Shown here: positions 1-16,027 of the stretch, in pieces
How the letters are laid out: the number at the start of each line of letters is the position of its first letter
How positions within the stretch are numbered: the stretch's first letter is position 1
NCBI RefSeq assembly: GCF_000150275.1
Contig: NW_002060943.1
Span: 3,127,264 to 3,191,263 of the forward strand
Direction: 5' to 3'
DNA length: 64,000 nt
Source: Trichoplax adhaerens
Taxonomy: Eukaryota; Animalia; Placozoa
The notes under the pieces: generated by a model
Told to the model about the DNA's origin: nothing
Database searches by the model: none
What the model saw: only the letters and a program-made list of their open reading frames with translations
Made by a program: the position numbers and the translations under genes

Positions 1-150
1 ATCGTGACAATATCTTAAAAAACATAATGTTTAAATTACTTAGCAATCAATCGACTCCATAGAAATTAACCTATAATAAACTGCAGTAATAATAGCAAGG
101 ATCTAATAAAACTACTAATCCGCCTTTCTTGCTCTTCGGTAAATTTATAG

Positions 151-367
151 CAACTTTGCCCATCATTTTCTACATAAAATGGACAACCAACAGCTGGACC
201 AGTATGACAGACTCCTTAATGAATCTAGCAATGAATGGGAACTTTATTACTGGATCATAGGAACGAAATCGGTACCTACTGAATTTGATAATGAAATCAT
301 GGCTATGCTTCAAAAGTACGCTTCCAATAAGGACAGAGAAACAAGATTCCATCAGCCACCTCTATAA
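151..367 (+). CDS. SDHAF2: Succinate dehydrogenase assembly factor 2 (Sdh5/SDHAF2), terminal exon; the rest of the gene lies upstream of the window
   Basis: An acceptor tttatag at 149-150 is followed by NFAHHFLHKMDNQQLDQYDRLLNESSNEWELYYWIIGTKSVPTEFDNEIMAMLQKYASNKDRETRFHQPPL*. This closely matches the recalled SDHAF2 C-terminus (FAKEHL..M...QL..YDRLINEPSNDWDIYYW). Confidence 0.9.
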
Positions 368-2569
368 TCATAATTAATGTTACAATATCCAAATGATCTT
401 TCCTTATGGATAGTATGTTGCGTCTCTATAGCATGCTTGCTATCGGATAATAATTGTAGTTTTAAGTATTACTCCAATTAGTGACGTTGCATTTGTGCTC
501 TGATTAACCAACGTTACAATAGTTCTACAATTTTTTGTGTTACATATAATCCTATCTATTAAGTAGCAGAGCTCGATAGAAAGGCTTCCATTACATCTCG
601 TAACTTCTCCGTCGATTACGGTGCTTTATTTATTCGACATACCTTTCATGTATGTAGCATTTGTTCATAACCGATGAATCGAATTGTACTATAGATTACC
701 AAAACGTCATATCCATGTTTTTAACGCATTAAATGAATATTATATGATCTTGTGCAAGAGTGATATTTATGTATTAGGCTTTGATTTCACCACACTGTGG
801 AATGATTAAAGGCGTCGTAGATTTGGACAATCTGCTTCTACTACTGCATTTATGTAGCTTTCGTACTTTTACTATACGCAGTAATTGTCAGTCAGTGACC
901 AACCAAAAATATTTCTCTAGTTCCTACAGCGGTCGTAAGATTGCTAAATATCTTTCTAAGCTAATCGACTACCTTGAACGAACCTACGCACAGGTGTCAA
1001 TTTTAAAGTAAAATACCTACATCAAGAATTCAACATTATGGAAATGTAAGAAAATCAACTTGTTATCAATATACTTCGTATCATTATGTTATGCTATTTT
1101 TATGAAAAGTAATTGAATAGTTGAAAAATTAATTCTTTATATTAAGCAGCGAACGTCCTTGATCAGGATTTATCACTAATGATGCTTTACGTACGTGGCA
1201 TAAAATTAAAAGTCATACATAAGATAACTACTTTTAATATTACAGTTTAATATTTTCAGGGTTTTTTATAGCGTTGACTTGTTCGAAATAAATGTTCACA
1301 TCCCTAGAGCTCGGCCAAATAAGATAGTTCAATGTTATAAACTAGACAAGCAAATATACCTATATGGGCTTTTAGATTGCTAGAAGCTCGCTCTTGTGAT
1401 CGATTATGATCAGACCAATAGGAAATTGTAACCAAGTTGATATGCAAAGAATTTATTTCATAACTAAATTTGTGTACTTGTAATACTGTAATGAAGTCTT
1501 TGACCTTCGACTTTTCGTCTAGTAGATCATGTCACTTACAAAAGTACAGGCTATATTGCAATGATAATCTCCAAGATTTGATAATAGATTCCATGACTAA
1601 CTTAAAGATTTCACTTAGCATCATGTATGGTACCAAAATTTTGCTGGTTTTGATTAGTACTATGATCTGTAGCATAATGATAAAACATTTAAAATTCTGG
1701 CGTATGATGCTAGCACAACACATGATATGAGCAGCATCCAGATCCACTCAGTTGATTTGAAAAAATTCACCCTTTCAATTCTGTATAATTGCGGATTGAT
1801 TTATAAGCATTTTAAAGGGCCGTAATAAAATAGGAAAAAGACAGGTGATAATATTGCTATGCAATTAAATTTCGAATTTAAACATCATAGCACTTGTAAG
1901 CGTATATCGACTATCACCATTGCATTAATCCGTTGAATGCAATTTACTTAGCACGCATAATTCGGCTTCAAATTAGCTACTTATCCTAGCAATGACCGGG
2001 CTACTGACATTAATCGATCTTATTTATAGTCTATAGTCAAAAGATGTAGCAATTTCCCAGCAATACAGTTACTCCATAGTTATACTTTGAGAATTATTTC
2101 CAATCCCAATTTGTGTCCACCTATAATCATACGTTATCTGATCATCTTCAGCAGTTTACGATCATCAAGTGATAAATACTTCTAAAACCATCGCTTGGTT
2201 CCTGTAACTATAAAGTGATTAAAATCAAAATTAATTAGTACCATTCATGGAATAGATTCAGTCTGCTTAAGAGTGGTAGCAATGCCTATCAACTGATATC
2301 GTACAGTAGTTGTTCACTTCACGAGCGAATCTTTAGCGTAGTGACTATAGTAAGATGGTAAAGTAAGGGAACAATTCTATGATATTGTACAATGTAATAT
2401 CACTATTATTAGATAGCTATTATACATCGTATTAGCAGTGTCTGGATATCAATCTAATCATAGTCTTTATAATTATAGATAGCGATAATATGGCTGTAAT
2501 AGTGCCAAATTGAAAACTTTGATCTCTTTACTAGTACTGTAAATTGGATAGCGAAAAGATATAGCAGCA

Positions 2570-3300
2570 TCAGTATAAATTTTAAATCTTAACACGAGTA
2601 CAACTTCTCTGTAAGTATAACTCACTTTAAAATAATATTCCGTGGCTTATAATGTATTTTATCAACAATTTTACAATGAACTGCTAACATCAGCAGTTAT
2701 AAAGTTATTAACTGGTTGTATCTGTGGTAAAAAATTTGGTAATTGGCATCATAAGTATAAATTTTAAATCGAAATGCAACTACTATCCGTGACTTGTAAT
2801 GTATTTTGTCAACAATTCTACAATGAACTGCTAACATCAGTTAGCCTATACTTATTAATTGGTTGCATCTGTAGTAAAAGATATGGTAATTGGCAACATA
2901 AGTGTAAATTTTAAATGGAAATACAACTGCTCTTGTAAACATAGCTCGCTTAAATAAAATAATTCGTGACTTGTAATGTATTTCATCAACAGCTGTTATA
3001 AAGTTATTAGTTGATTGTATCTGTAGTGAAAGATCTGGTAATTCGGATGTAAATTCCAAGTCTGAGCATAATTGCTTCTATCATCATAAGCCGCTTATAT
3101 AAGTTAATTAGGTAAGTACTTCCATATAGTATTTGGTCAAGAGTTCAGTAATGAATTACCAACATCAACAGCTATCAAGTAATGAATTGATTACATCTTT
3201 AGTAAAAGACAGATATGGCAATTATAGGTGTAAATATCAAATCTACATGCAATCACCATTATAAATAAAATTCGCTAAATATATTTATTTACTGGCTGTA
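2570..3300. repeat. Degenerate tandem array A, about 4 units of 150-190 bp
   Basis: The block cgtgacttgtaatgtattt..tcaacaa..aatgaactgctaacatcag..ttgtatctgtagtaaaa..ggtaattggca recurs at about 2640, 2787, 2964 and (partially) 3150. Confidence 0.8.
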
Positions 3301-4453
3301 ACATATTCACCGGTGACTAGCAGTTTATTTGATAAATAATTTTAAAACGATACAGTCGTTGTCGCTTATTGCCTATTAAACAACATGTTAGCACACAGAC
3401 TATGCACTATGCATAATTGCTACATGGGTTATATTCATTACGAATTATAATTATTATATTATATTATAAAGTATCAAGTATGGACATGCATGCGTTTTTG
3501 AATGGTTTACAGGGTACTTCAGATTTGATAGCAAATATTATTTTATTTATGCTAAATCATTTATTTTAACGAGAATATTATTTTATGACGAGATAGACAG
3601 TAACAAAAATGAATATGAATAGAACAAGAGTCAAAATGGATAGAAATACTTTGGGAGTAGTATAGAATTAAAGTATCTATGACTTTAATCGAGTTTCATT
3701 ATTATTAATTAAGCAGTATGATTGCATTACAAGGCTTTTCTTGATATATCGAAAATCAGCATGACATCCAATGGGGATCTATATTGGATATGTTGCCGTC
3801 ATCACCATTCATGGTGATTTGACATAATAAAAACTATTTTTTTGAATATGAATTAATTAAGTGATTGCTAAACTTGACAACGATTTGAACTGGAAGTCGC
3901 AACAATCATGAAATAATGAAAGGTCAACTTAACTTGAATAATATGGCAGACATGCTGGTCAAAGCAAGAAATTTAAAATAATGCATTCAAAGCATAAATT
4001 ACGATAATTTATTTCTTTCCGTTAGAATCATTTAGCGCATACAATAGTTATGATTCCTTATTTTACCTTAAAAGATTAAAAGTATTTAATTCATTGAAAA
4101 ATTTTTAGTTTCATATATATTTCATTTCATTTTAGATATGTGGATTATGTAATGATACGAAAAGATACTTAGTACCTAAATAAAACCATTTTATGATCAT
4201 GTCCTTTTAAAAAATGGATCACTCCTACTTATTTAAATATTAATGAACCAATTTCAAATGTAGTTTCATATTATCTTGAACGATTAGCATCAAATACTAC
4301 TGGCATATCTAGTCTATAACGGTAATTGAATTGCCAGGATAGAAAATAAAGCGGTAGGGGAAAGTAAGAACAGCTTGGTTTCTCTTTTCTCATTCGATTA
4401 TTTTTAAGTTACACTATTCAACCCTCATAGACAATCATTTGAGCTGAGAAATA

Positions 4454-5275
4454 TTACATCAAGTTGCAACTTTTTCCGTGATTGGCTTTCTTATTTTGAT
4501 CTATTGCAATCTTAATGACTTGATCAAAAACTTCATAACGTCCTTCTCCATCTAATGATGAACATTCAAGATAGCATTGAGCTCCAATTTCATCGGCTAC
4601 ACCCTTGCCCATGTTGGTGGTAACATAATTTATTTTGACATGATTATGACCATTACTAACAACCTGGCCACTACTATTGTCTTCTTTTTCAGAAGCGGTC
4701 TCATGATGATCATCATCCTCGTGCTCATCTTGATCTTCATCTTGTACTTCCATTTTGACATCTTCTTCTTCTTCTTCTCCATCTATAGACTGTTGCTGGT
4801 AGCGATCCTGGTACTCATCTTGATCCTCATCCTCTACTTCTACCTTGACATTTTCTTCCTCTTCTTCTTCATTCCTCTCGATAGGTTGTTGTTGGTAACG
4901 GTTACGTAGATCTAATTTTGTTCCAACTAATATCTTGGGCACATGACGACAATCTTCATTGATTTGATGAATCCAGTGCTCTCGAATACTTTCCAACGAA
5001 TCTGGTGATACCAAGGAGAAGCAAAATACAACAAAAGTACAGCTTTTATAACGTATGGCATTGACAGGTTCATTTTTTTCTCCATCCAGTGTATTGCATA
5101 AATGTAAATCGATCTGTTTTGATTTACTATACCCCATATTAACGTGGAAATCGCGATAAGCTTTCGGTAGTTCACCTTTTTCCAAAAATGAATTCTCAGC
5201 ATGTGTAATCATTAAAGATGTTTTACCTACACCATTATCGCCAACGAGAAGGCATTTGATAGCCAATTTTGTCAT
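4454..5275 (-). CDS. Intronless atypical Rac/Rho-family small GTPase-like protein with a large acidic insert and a CAAX box
   Basis: The 273 aa ORF has IKCLLVGDNGVGKTS (P-loop), CFSLVSPDS, ILVGTKLDLR (G4), YLECSS (G5) and a C-terminal CNLM. Switch I and switch II are degenerate (NTLDG in place of DTAGQ). Confidence 0.92.
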   Translation of the reverse strand: MTKLAIKCLLVGDNGVGKTSLMITHAENSFLEKGELPKAYRDFHVNMGYSKSKQIDLHLCNTLDGEKNEPVNAIRYKSCTFVVFCFSLVSPDSLESIREHWIHQINEDCRHVPKILVGTKLDLRNRYQQQPIERNEEEEEENVKVEVEDEDQDEYQDRYQQQSIDGEEEEEDVKMEVQDEDQDEHEDDDHHETASEKEDNSSGQVVSNGHNHVKINYVTTNMGKGVADEIGAQCYLECSSLDGEGRYEVFDQVIKIAIDQNKKANHGKSCNLM

Positions 5276-6079
5276 TATGAAAGATCGACAAGAGAATCAA
5301 TCGAGTTAAAGTAAATCAGTTTGATAGGAATAGTTTGAATATCCTTTGAAAATGCTTATCAATATAGGTAGAAAATGTACCGCAATCCAACACTTTGATC
5401 CTATGAGAAATTTTTCAATCTGAATGCAATAAAGGCAGAGACTGGTAATACTGCTAAATGGAATGACAGACTGCGCAAAGAAAACTCAAGTAGAATGATT
5501 TAATAGGAGTTTACAAGTTGTTTAATGGTTGCTGAGGATAATAGAAGGAAATGAAGAGACTTTAATAGTTTTGCTTACCCATTTTATCCCTATTGATGCC
5601 ATCTTGAATGACAAAAGACCACAAGCGTGTTGGTTATTATAATCAATCACTTGGGACAGCATTGAAGAGTTAGACATCGGGTTGAATCCATTATAACTGT
5701 ATATTATGCCTTTAGGTTCGTTTTTAGCCTGTATAAAGTAGGCTAGAATAGCCCACACCTGGTGAAATTATGAATAGGCTTTATCGTGGCGGCATCGGAA
5801 GCTGTTCCATTCAATAAGCTTATGCTTTGTTACCGCATGTTTTATGAACTCCAGAATGCCGTTGAAAAGGTTAATTATTCGGCAACCACCAGATGATATG
5901 ACAAGTTATTGTCTTCCTATCTGTCCAATTTCTATAACAAGTAGAAATTAAGCTCAGTCTGCCATCATTTCTAATTGATTGCATGGCAATAGAATGCCGG
6001 TAATCAACGATGAAAAAAATGATCTGTAATGCGTGTTGATTTATAATTTGATTAAAGGAGTTTCCGGCCTAATGAATGA

Positions 6080-7690
6080 AAGAAATACGATCATGATCAC
6101 CTATTATAATTGATCGCCTTCTTTTTTACCATAGCAGGCAAATTCTAGTCAAAGATCTAACCTTAATCTTTCATCTTGTTCCGTCGATCTGTAATTTACA
6201 ATTAATAAGAAGAATTGACAATCAAGAAACAAATAGCATGATGATCTATTGCTGCATAAGTTACCGTCTATTTTTCCTGTCAAACTAGGCAAACCTTGCT
6301 TCAATATTTAACCTTGATCATCTACGATATTCTATAGATTTATTATTCAATAAGAGAAATAGCCAGCTAAAGAAACAATATCATGATGGCTTATTACATT
6401 CGTAAGTTATCGTCTATTTTTCTAACGATAGCAGGCTAATTTCAATCAATATTTAACCTTGATCATTACCGTTCTTCTATCGAGTTAGAACCCTAAAAAT
6501 AAGAATGTTAGCTAAAAGAATAATATCATGAATGAACTATTACAAATTATTTTCTACTTTTCTTACCAAAGCAGGCAAATTCTGGTCAAATATCTAATCT
6601 TGATCACTATTGTTGCTCTATCGGCTTATGACTCAATAATAAGAATTTTGACCTTCTGATTTCCGCAGTAAGAATTTTCAGCGAAAGGGGCAATATCAAG
6701 AATAACCTATTATAAGTTACCGTCTACTTTTCTTACAAAAGCAGGTGATTCTGGTTCAATATCGAACCTTGATCATGTCGATTTATAATTCAATAATAAG
6801 AATTATTAGTTAAAGGAATAATATCTTGAATGACCTATTATACTGCTAATCATCTCCTACAATTCTTGCGAAAGCAGGCAAATTTTAGTCAAATATCTAA
6901 CTTTGATCTTTATTTATAACTCAAATAAAAAAAGTTCTCCCTTAAAGAATCATTATCATGATATCCTATTCAATATTCATGTTATTATAGATTATTGTCT
7001 ACTTTTCTCACAAAAATAAGCAAAATTTGCTTAATTATGTAACCTTGATTCATAACTTAATTAGAAGAATTTCCAGCCAAGTGGATGAAAGAAACAATGT
7101 CATGATTACTTATTCACGTTATTATAAGTTGTCATCTCCTTTTCTTGTGAAAGCAGACGAAGCTTGAGTTCAATATCTAACCTTAACTGTCGACATTATT
7201 TATATTGATTTAGAATTCAATAAAAAGAATTTCCAGCCCAAGAAACAATATCATGATAACCTGTTTATGTTATTATAAACTTCTACTTTTCTTACGAAAG
7301 CAGACAAAGCTTTAGTTCATTATCGAACTCTGATCACCTATGTTACTATTCATTTTAATTGAGAATTGAAAGAACTTGTAGCCAAATGGATGAAAGAAAT
7401 GTTATTCTAAGCTTTCGTCTACTTTTCTTACGAAAGCAGGCAAAAGTTTGGATAGACAGCTCAGTGCGATCATCAAAATTGTTATTTGGATCCAATCAGA
7501 AAGAATTTTCATTCAAATGGAGATGAGAATAACCATACCGTTATAACCTATTTATATTCCGTGTGAAAAGAATTCCTAGCTATATGGATGAAAAAAATAA
7601 TATGATAATAATCTATTCGTGTTATTATGAGTTAATTTTTATTATGAAAGCAGGCCATGGCTGGATAAATGGCTAACCTCGATCGCTGGC
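6080..7690. repeat. Degenerate tandem array B, about 11 units of 135-170 bp
   Basis: The core cttttcttac.aaagcaggcaaattct.gtcaaatatctaaccttgatca recurs near 6133, 6285, 6430, 6570, 6740, 6873, 7015, 7151, 7298, 7434 and 7648. Confidence 0.88.
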
Positions 7691-8879
7691 GTAGTAAAGT
7701 TTTCAGTTGGCCAATTCGTGAACAACATAGTGAATAAGAAACAAGTTTAGCCACCTTATTTCTATAGCTTACATTCATCCTAGAGCTCTATCTTGGCTCA
7801 CTTGTAAGCAATGTTTATTGTATTCTATTTAACAGATCGGTGATATTGTCTATTCCACTCGACGATACCCTTAGGCAAATTGATGTCATCGCTATACTAT
7901 TCATATTAACAAGAGCTTTCTAGGAATAAACCATCTGCAAATTCTAAATTAAAACTCTCTCAGCAACGACTTTATTGAAACCAGTGATTGCCGATAGCAG
8001 TCAATGAATCACTTCCATTCCGTTATAGCGTACAATTTCTATTTAAAAGAGCGCCAGTATGTATTAAGATTGACTTTTAATATCGCAGGATTATCCGCAT
8101 CACTACTGCGATTTTCATGTTCAACATATTTAAGGATCAAAATTCAGCGGGAACGTTGCTTAAATCCATTATGTAAAAAGAAATTATGGGCATTGATTCC
8201 ATTTACAAATTGCATCCGGGCAAAATGTTACCGATAGTGTTGGAAAAGTGATTACACACTATTACTCAAAGCTATTCTATGAGAGAGAAATAGATCCAAT
8301 ACGCATTTATGGTGACCTAGTTACCGTAGAATTTAAACGAAGCAAATAATGATCAAAATTCAATGACAAATTGTTACTTAAATTAAATATCACTTAGCGA
8401 TTTCCTACAATTGAGGGGGCTACACTACATTTTGGATATCGTTTGCTTTGAATTAATTATTCCTTCATACTTAGGATAATATCGAATTGAAAGAAAAAGG
8501 TGGATCCAACATTACCTTGAATGACCCATGAGCAGACTTACATGATAACTGTTGCAACTTTTCTAAATCAATAGAATTATTATCAATGTTTCGTATCTTG
8601 CTCGTTTATATGGCGAGATATTTATCTATCAATAAGCCTCCAAATACAAGTAGGATTATTTGTAAGGCTTCCTGTGTGAAGGCACGGTATTGTAGGATAA
8701 ATAGCTTAGAGACTACAGAGTTTCCTTCCTAAATAGGAGTTAATTAAAAGTGTTCGCAGTAACTGTGGACTAAATATTTTCGACTTTTTATGAAATAATA
8801 TAGGATACGAAAGGGTATCTGTGCTATAGTCTACAGCTAAATATTACATCTAAATGACATTGTAGTAGTCAGGTTCTTC

Positions 8880-9800
8880 TAAGTTATCGCTCTTTTGATC
8901 AATTTTTCATTTTATTCATTCAATTATAATTATAGTCAATCTTGATCATAGGTCAGATGGAGTAGTTATATTCATTATATTATAAGGTATAATCGAGTTA
9001 TAACAAGCAAAATCTTTTTCGGTCGTTTTTTTTTTCACTTTATTTACGCAATAATAGTCAATCATAATCATAGATTAAATGAAATAGTTATCAGTGTCAT
9101 ATTTTAAGCCATAACCAAGGTTTACAAGCTTAAATTTTTTCGGTTACTTTAAGCCACTACTACTCATTTTTTTGTAGTCAATTTCGACCACAGATTAGAT
9201 GATATAGTTATAATAGCCATATTATATATAAGCTATGCTCATATAGTTAAGTAATATAAGGCAAATTTTCTTCAAATCGTTTCTTGACTTTTACCTGCTC
9301 ATAGGTAGTTAATCTTGACCACAGATCAAATAGAATAGTTCATATAATTGCTATATCATAAGCTATAATCTAGTTATACATCACAAATCTTTTTTCAGCC
9401 ATTTCTTTACTTTCATTCACTTAAAGGCAGTTTTACCGATCTGATAGAAAAGTTGTCATTACCATATTATTAGCTGTAATCGAGCTATGCAATACATAAT
9501 CCTCTTTTCTCTATTTTCATTCACTCAAAGGTAGTTGATCTTAACCGTCAATCAGATAGAATGGTTATCATTGCCTTATCATGAGTCATAATTAAGTTAT
9601 ACGTTAGTTATCATCGCCATATTATCAGCTATAATCAAGTTAATCGTAACAAAATCTTTTTATTCTTCCTTTTTCAATCATTTCTCGACTTTCATCCCCA
9701 GCTGCAGTTAATCTTGAGTTCAAATAGATGATTTAACAGTTATAATTCTACATGATAAGCTATAACCAACTCGTAAAAGCAAAAATTCCTTTTAAATATA
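8880..9800. repeat. Degenerate tandem array C, about 7 units of 120-130 bp
   Basis: The motif tagtcaatcttgaccacagat.a.at.gaatagttatc..ccatattataagctataatc.agtta..caaaatcttttt recurs near 8933, 9055, 9176, 9306, 9430, 9530 and 9706. Confidence 0.82.
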
Positions 9801-10085
9801 GTTGTATAGTTATGTACGAGAATAGTTTCTCTATGACAACAGATTTTTATCACGGATTAAATAGCTTGGCTCCATATCGTCTACAATATTATAAACCAAG
9901 TACCGGTAGCGTAGCTTAACTTTGTTAGATATCTAGGATTTCTTCCATCATTTTCCAGCTTTAAATTAGCGCTCATCGATAGTCATGAATAAGACGGAAG
10001 AGCTTTAAAAATTTGCGGGTATGTAGTATAGAAGCAAAATCAACTAGTTTGCAATAAATATTTTCGTTATTTATATTTAGATAAA

Positions 10086-10676
10086 TTACAATATAGTACA
10101 AAGTTTTCCATGACGTTTTTGCTCTCTTTTCTGTAGGACAAAGTCAATAAGCTGATGAAATAGATCATTCAAACCTTCTCCAGATACCGACGAACATTCA
10201 AAATAACCATCAGCGTTAAAATAACGAGTTAAATTATCGCCTAATTCTCTGGTTATGATATCATTATCGATATTGCTGTAATGTTTAATTTGATCGTTGC
10301 GACGTAGATCCGACATAGTAGCTACTACAAATTTAGTTCCATTTGGGCAATATTGATTGGTTTCAGGATACCATTTATTGATAACATGAATGAACGACTT
10401 TAGTGACGCTAGAGAGAAACAAATAAGTACAACATCGGTCCCTTTATAACAGATAGGTTTGTTCTTTTGGTGCTCTTTTCCATCTAATATTTCACAGCAC
10501 AGTAACGTCAATCTATATTGCTTATAAAGAACTTGAATATAAGTATCTTCACTTCCTATACGTAATGATTTACCCAAAATTCTCGATGGATTGCGCGCAC
10601 AGTAAGCTTTAATCATCGATTTAATTCCAATTCCAGAATCACCGACAATAACAATCTTAATATCGTCATCCATCAT
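10086..10676 (-). CDS. Intronless Rac/Rho-like protein with degenerate nucleotide-binding motifs (putative pseudo-GTPase) and a CAAX box
   Basis: The 196 aa ORF has IKIVIVGDSGIGIKS, YKGTDVVLICFSL, KWYPE...CPN, VATMSDLR, YFECSS and a C-terminal CTIL. Confidence 0.9.
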   Translation of the reverse strand: MMDDDIKIVIVGDSGIGIKSMIKAYCARNPSRILGKSLRIGSEDTYIQVLYKQYRLTLLCCEILDGKEHQKNKPICYKGTDVVLICFSLASLKSFIHVINKWYPETNQYCPNGTKFVVATMSDLRRNDQIKHYSNIDNDIITRELGDNLTRYFNADGYFECSSVSGEGLNDLFHQLIDFVLQKREQKRHGKLCTIL

Positions 10677-12756
10677 CCTCTTTAACGTACAAAGTCAATT
10701 TTACACGATTAATCGTTACAATCGATTACGTCTTTAACAGCAACAATTTGACTTAGTCTATAAATTTATAAATCATATTATAGTATGCCAAAACCAATAA
10801 AATATAACTTTCTCTTATTAAACTCATGCTGTAATTACTATTGTTTACAAAAAGAACAGGTGGAAAAATTGTCCAAGATGCGGTAGTTACGCATCTTGGG
10901 ATTACATTATTTCCGTTCTGTTTATTCTTAGTACAATAATTAAGTGTCAAGATAACAAGATGAGTACTTTTTAGTCTATCTGATCAATATTGATGATGTT
11001 GATTGCTTATTTTTAAACAATAACAAAATTTGGAAAAAATCTTACGTAATAATTGCATCTATATAATGAAATTTGAACAGATAGATTGGATTACTATGAC
11101 CAAATTCGCCTCAGGGTCTGTTCAATTCGATTAGTGTGATTTGAACATGATCATTGTCATTTGTTATCGTCATTATATTGACATCAATTTCATTTTTTGA
11201 TCATGAAAATCTACAATTTATGATGCTCTATAAAATCTAAAGATTTATTCAACGTCATTAAAAAGAGCAAGCTTAATAAATCATTGATAGGTCGCCATTT
11301 TTCAAAAAGAACCGCGTTACACTAATTAAAATTGACGAAATGCACTTTCATTCCAGATAATTAGTCGTATTGAACGATATCAGCCTTAAAACTACAAATC
11401 TATCCAATCCAGAAATTGTTGAGCCTAGCTAGCTCTATGCGATCATGTCATTCAGTACTTGTGGCTGACAGTCGTGATGTAGTAGTCATACAGTTATAAT
11501 CGTTTATATTTTTAGAGACAAGAAAGATTCTTCTGCAACACTACTGTTATATATGGAGCAATTACATATACAGCATACTGTAAAGTAGTATTATATATAG
11601 AATGATTAAAAGTCGTACTGTAGGATCACAGTTTAAAATGATTAACGTTCTAATTATGTAATTATCATTTTAAGCTAATCTTACATCTTACATGGATAAT
11701 CATTTAGCTAAACCATAAGTGAAGTAATTTAGCAAATGTATAAATACCTTCATAAATTTATTAATAAACGATTCTCAATTGAACCTACACCGTTTACCAC
11801 GAACTTAATAACTACAGTAGCGGCCATTATCGTAGGCTCTATTCTAACTATATAACCTATACAGAAAATACTACACTATTAGATTGCACTCTAAAAAAAC
11901 GTCTCGTCTATCGTTTTACATTTAAATCTGCCTTTTGTAACAAGGCTGAAATAGTTTGTATTCATCATCAGTAATATTATAGCATACAACGTAGTTTACC
12001 TGTAACCGAAATGAGTACTATCGAATCACTAATCTGAAATTAAGATTTCTACATTTAGGGCATTAATTTAGTATAAGAAAACAAGTTGATGCTTATAGGT
12101 ATATGTAATTAGAAACAGCATGCTCGTACCAATTTTCTAGTTTTTTTATGTTATACACGGTATATGGCAAAAACACTATCTTACTGTTAATTTCATATTT
12201 CTGCATTAAGTAATAACGTCGACAGTAATTTCGCTAATATAAGCAATTTACCTTTGTTTATAAAGCATTTTATAATTTAAATATAATCAATGTAGTTATG
12301 ATTTTTAATTTCAATCAATGCAACGATAGCTATACTTTGCTCGCACGTGGACTTAACTAGATTACAGAGCTTCAGTGCTATTGCTTAATAATCAAACAAA
12401 TACAAGGCGGTACAGTAATAGCGAAATAAGTATAACTAAGGCTAATCTAGATATATACCGTATAGTAAATCAGAAAATAACATCGTTATAGATTCTAATG
12501 CGCAGATTTGTCAGTGAAATTGAAGCTTCGCTCGATTGTCTCGTTTACTAAACAAAAATGTTAAGAGTCGGCTGCATTCATATTGCAAAAATATCTAAGT
12601 ACTTTTATTTAGAGAATATCATTACAAAATGTGTTATTATCCGTAAAATGAGAATTAATAGATAAAATTATCGCTACTGCTACTTGTAAAACGCATTTGG
12701 TAACAACGTCGTACTTGCTCATATGTTACGATGTTAGAGCGACTTTACTTAAATGG

Positions 12757-15926
<3,170 letters not shown>

Positions 15927-16027
15927 TTTCTTTTTTACGAGATAGAGCAGTCACCTTCAAGATATCAAAAACTGGTAAATGATCTGAAAGAAAGGTCGAG
16001 CGTCAGTAAATATACCCAACATTCGAT

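Noticed and set aside
4577-4909. Hydrophobic 110-aa plus-strand ORF
   Set aside because: It is the antisense shadow of the Glu/Asp-rich Rho insert.
6080-7690. Array B as a CRISPR array or C/D snoRNA cluster
   Set aside because: Whole units are homologous and degenerate, with no identical repeats separated by unique spacers and no cas genes. ATGATGA is not conserved across units and there is no consistent CTGA box.
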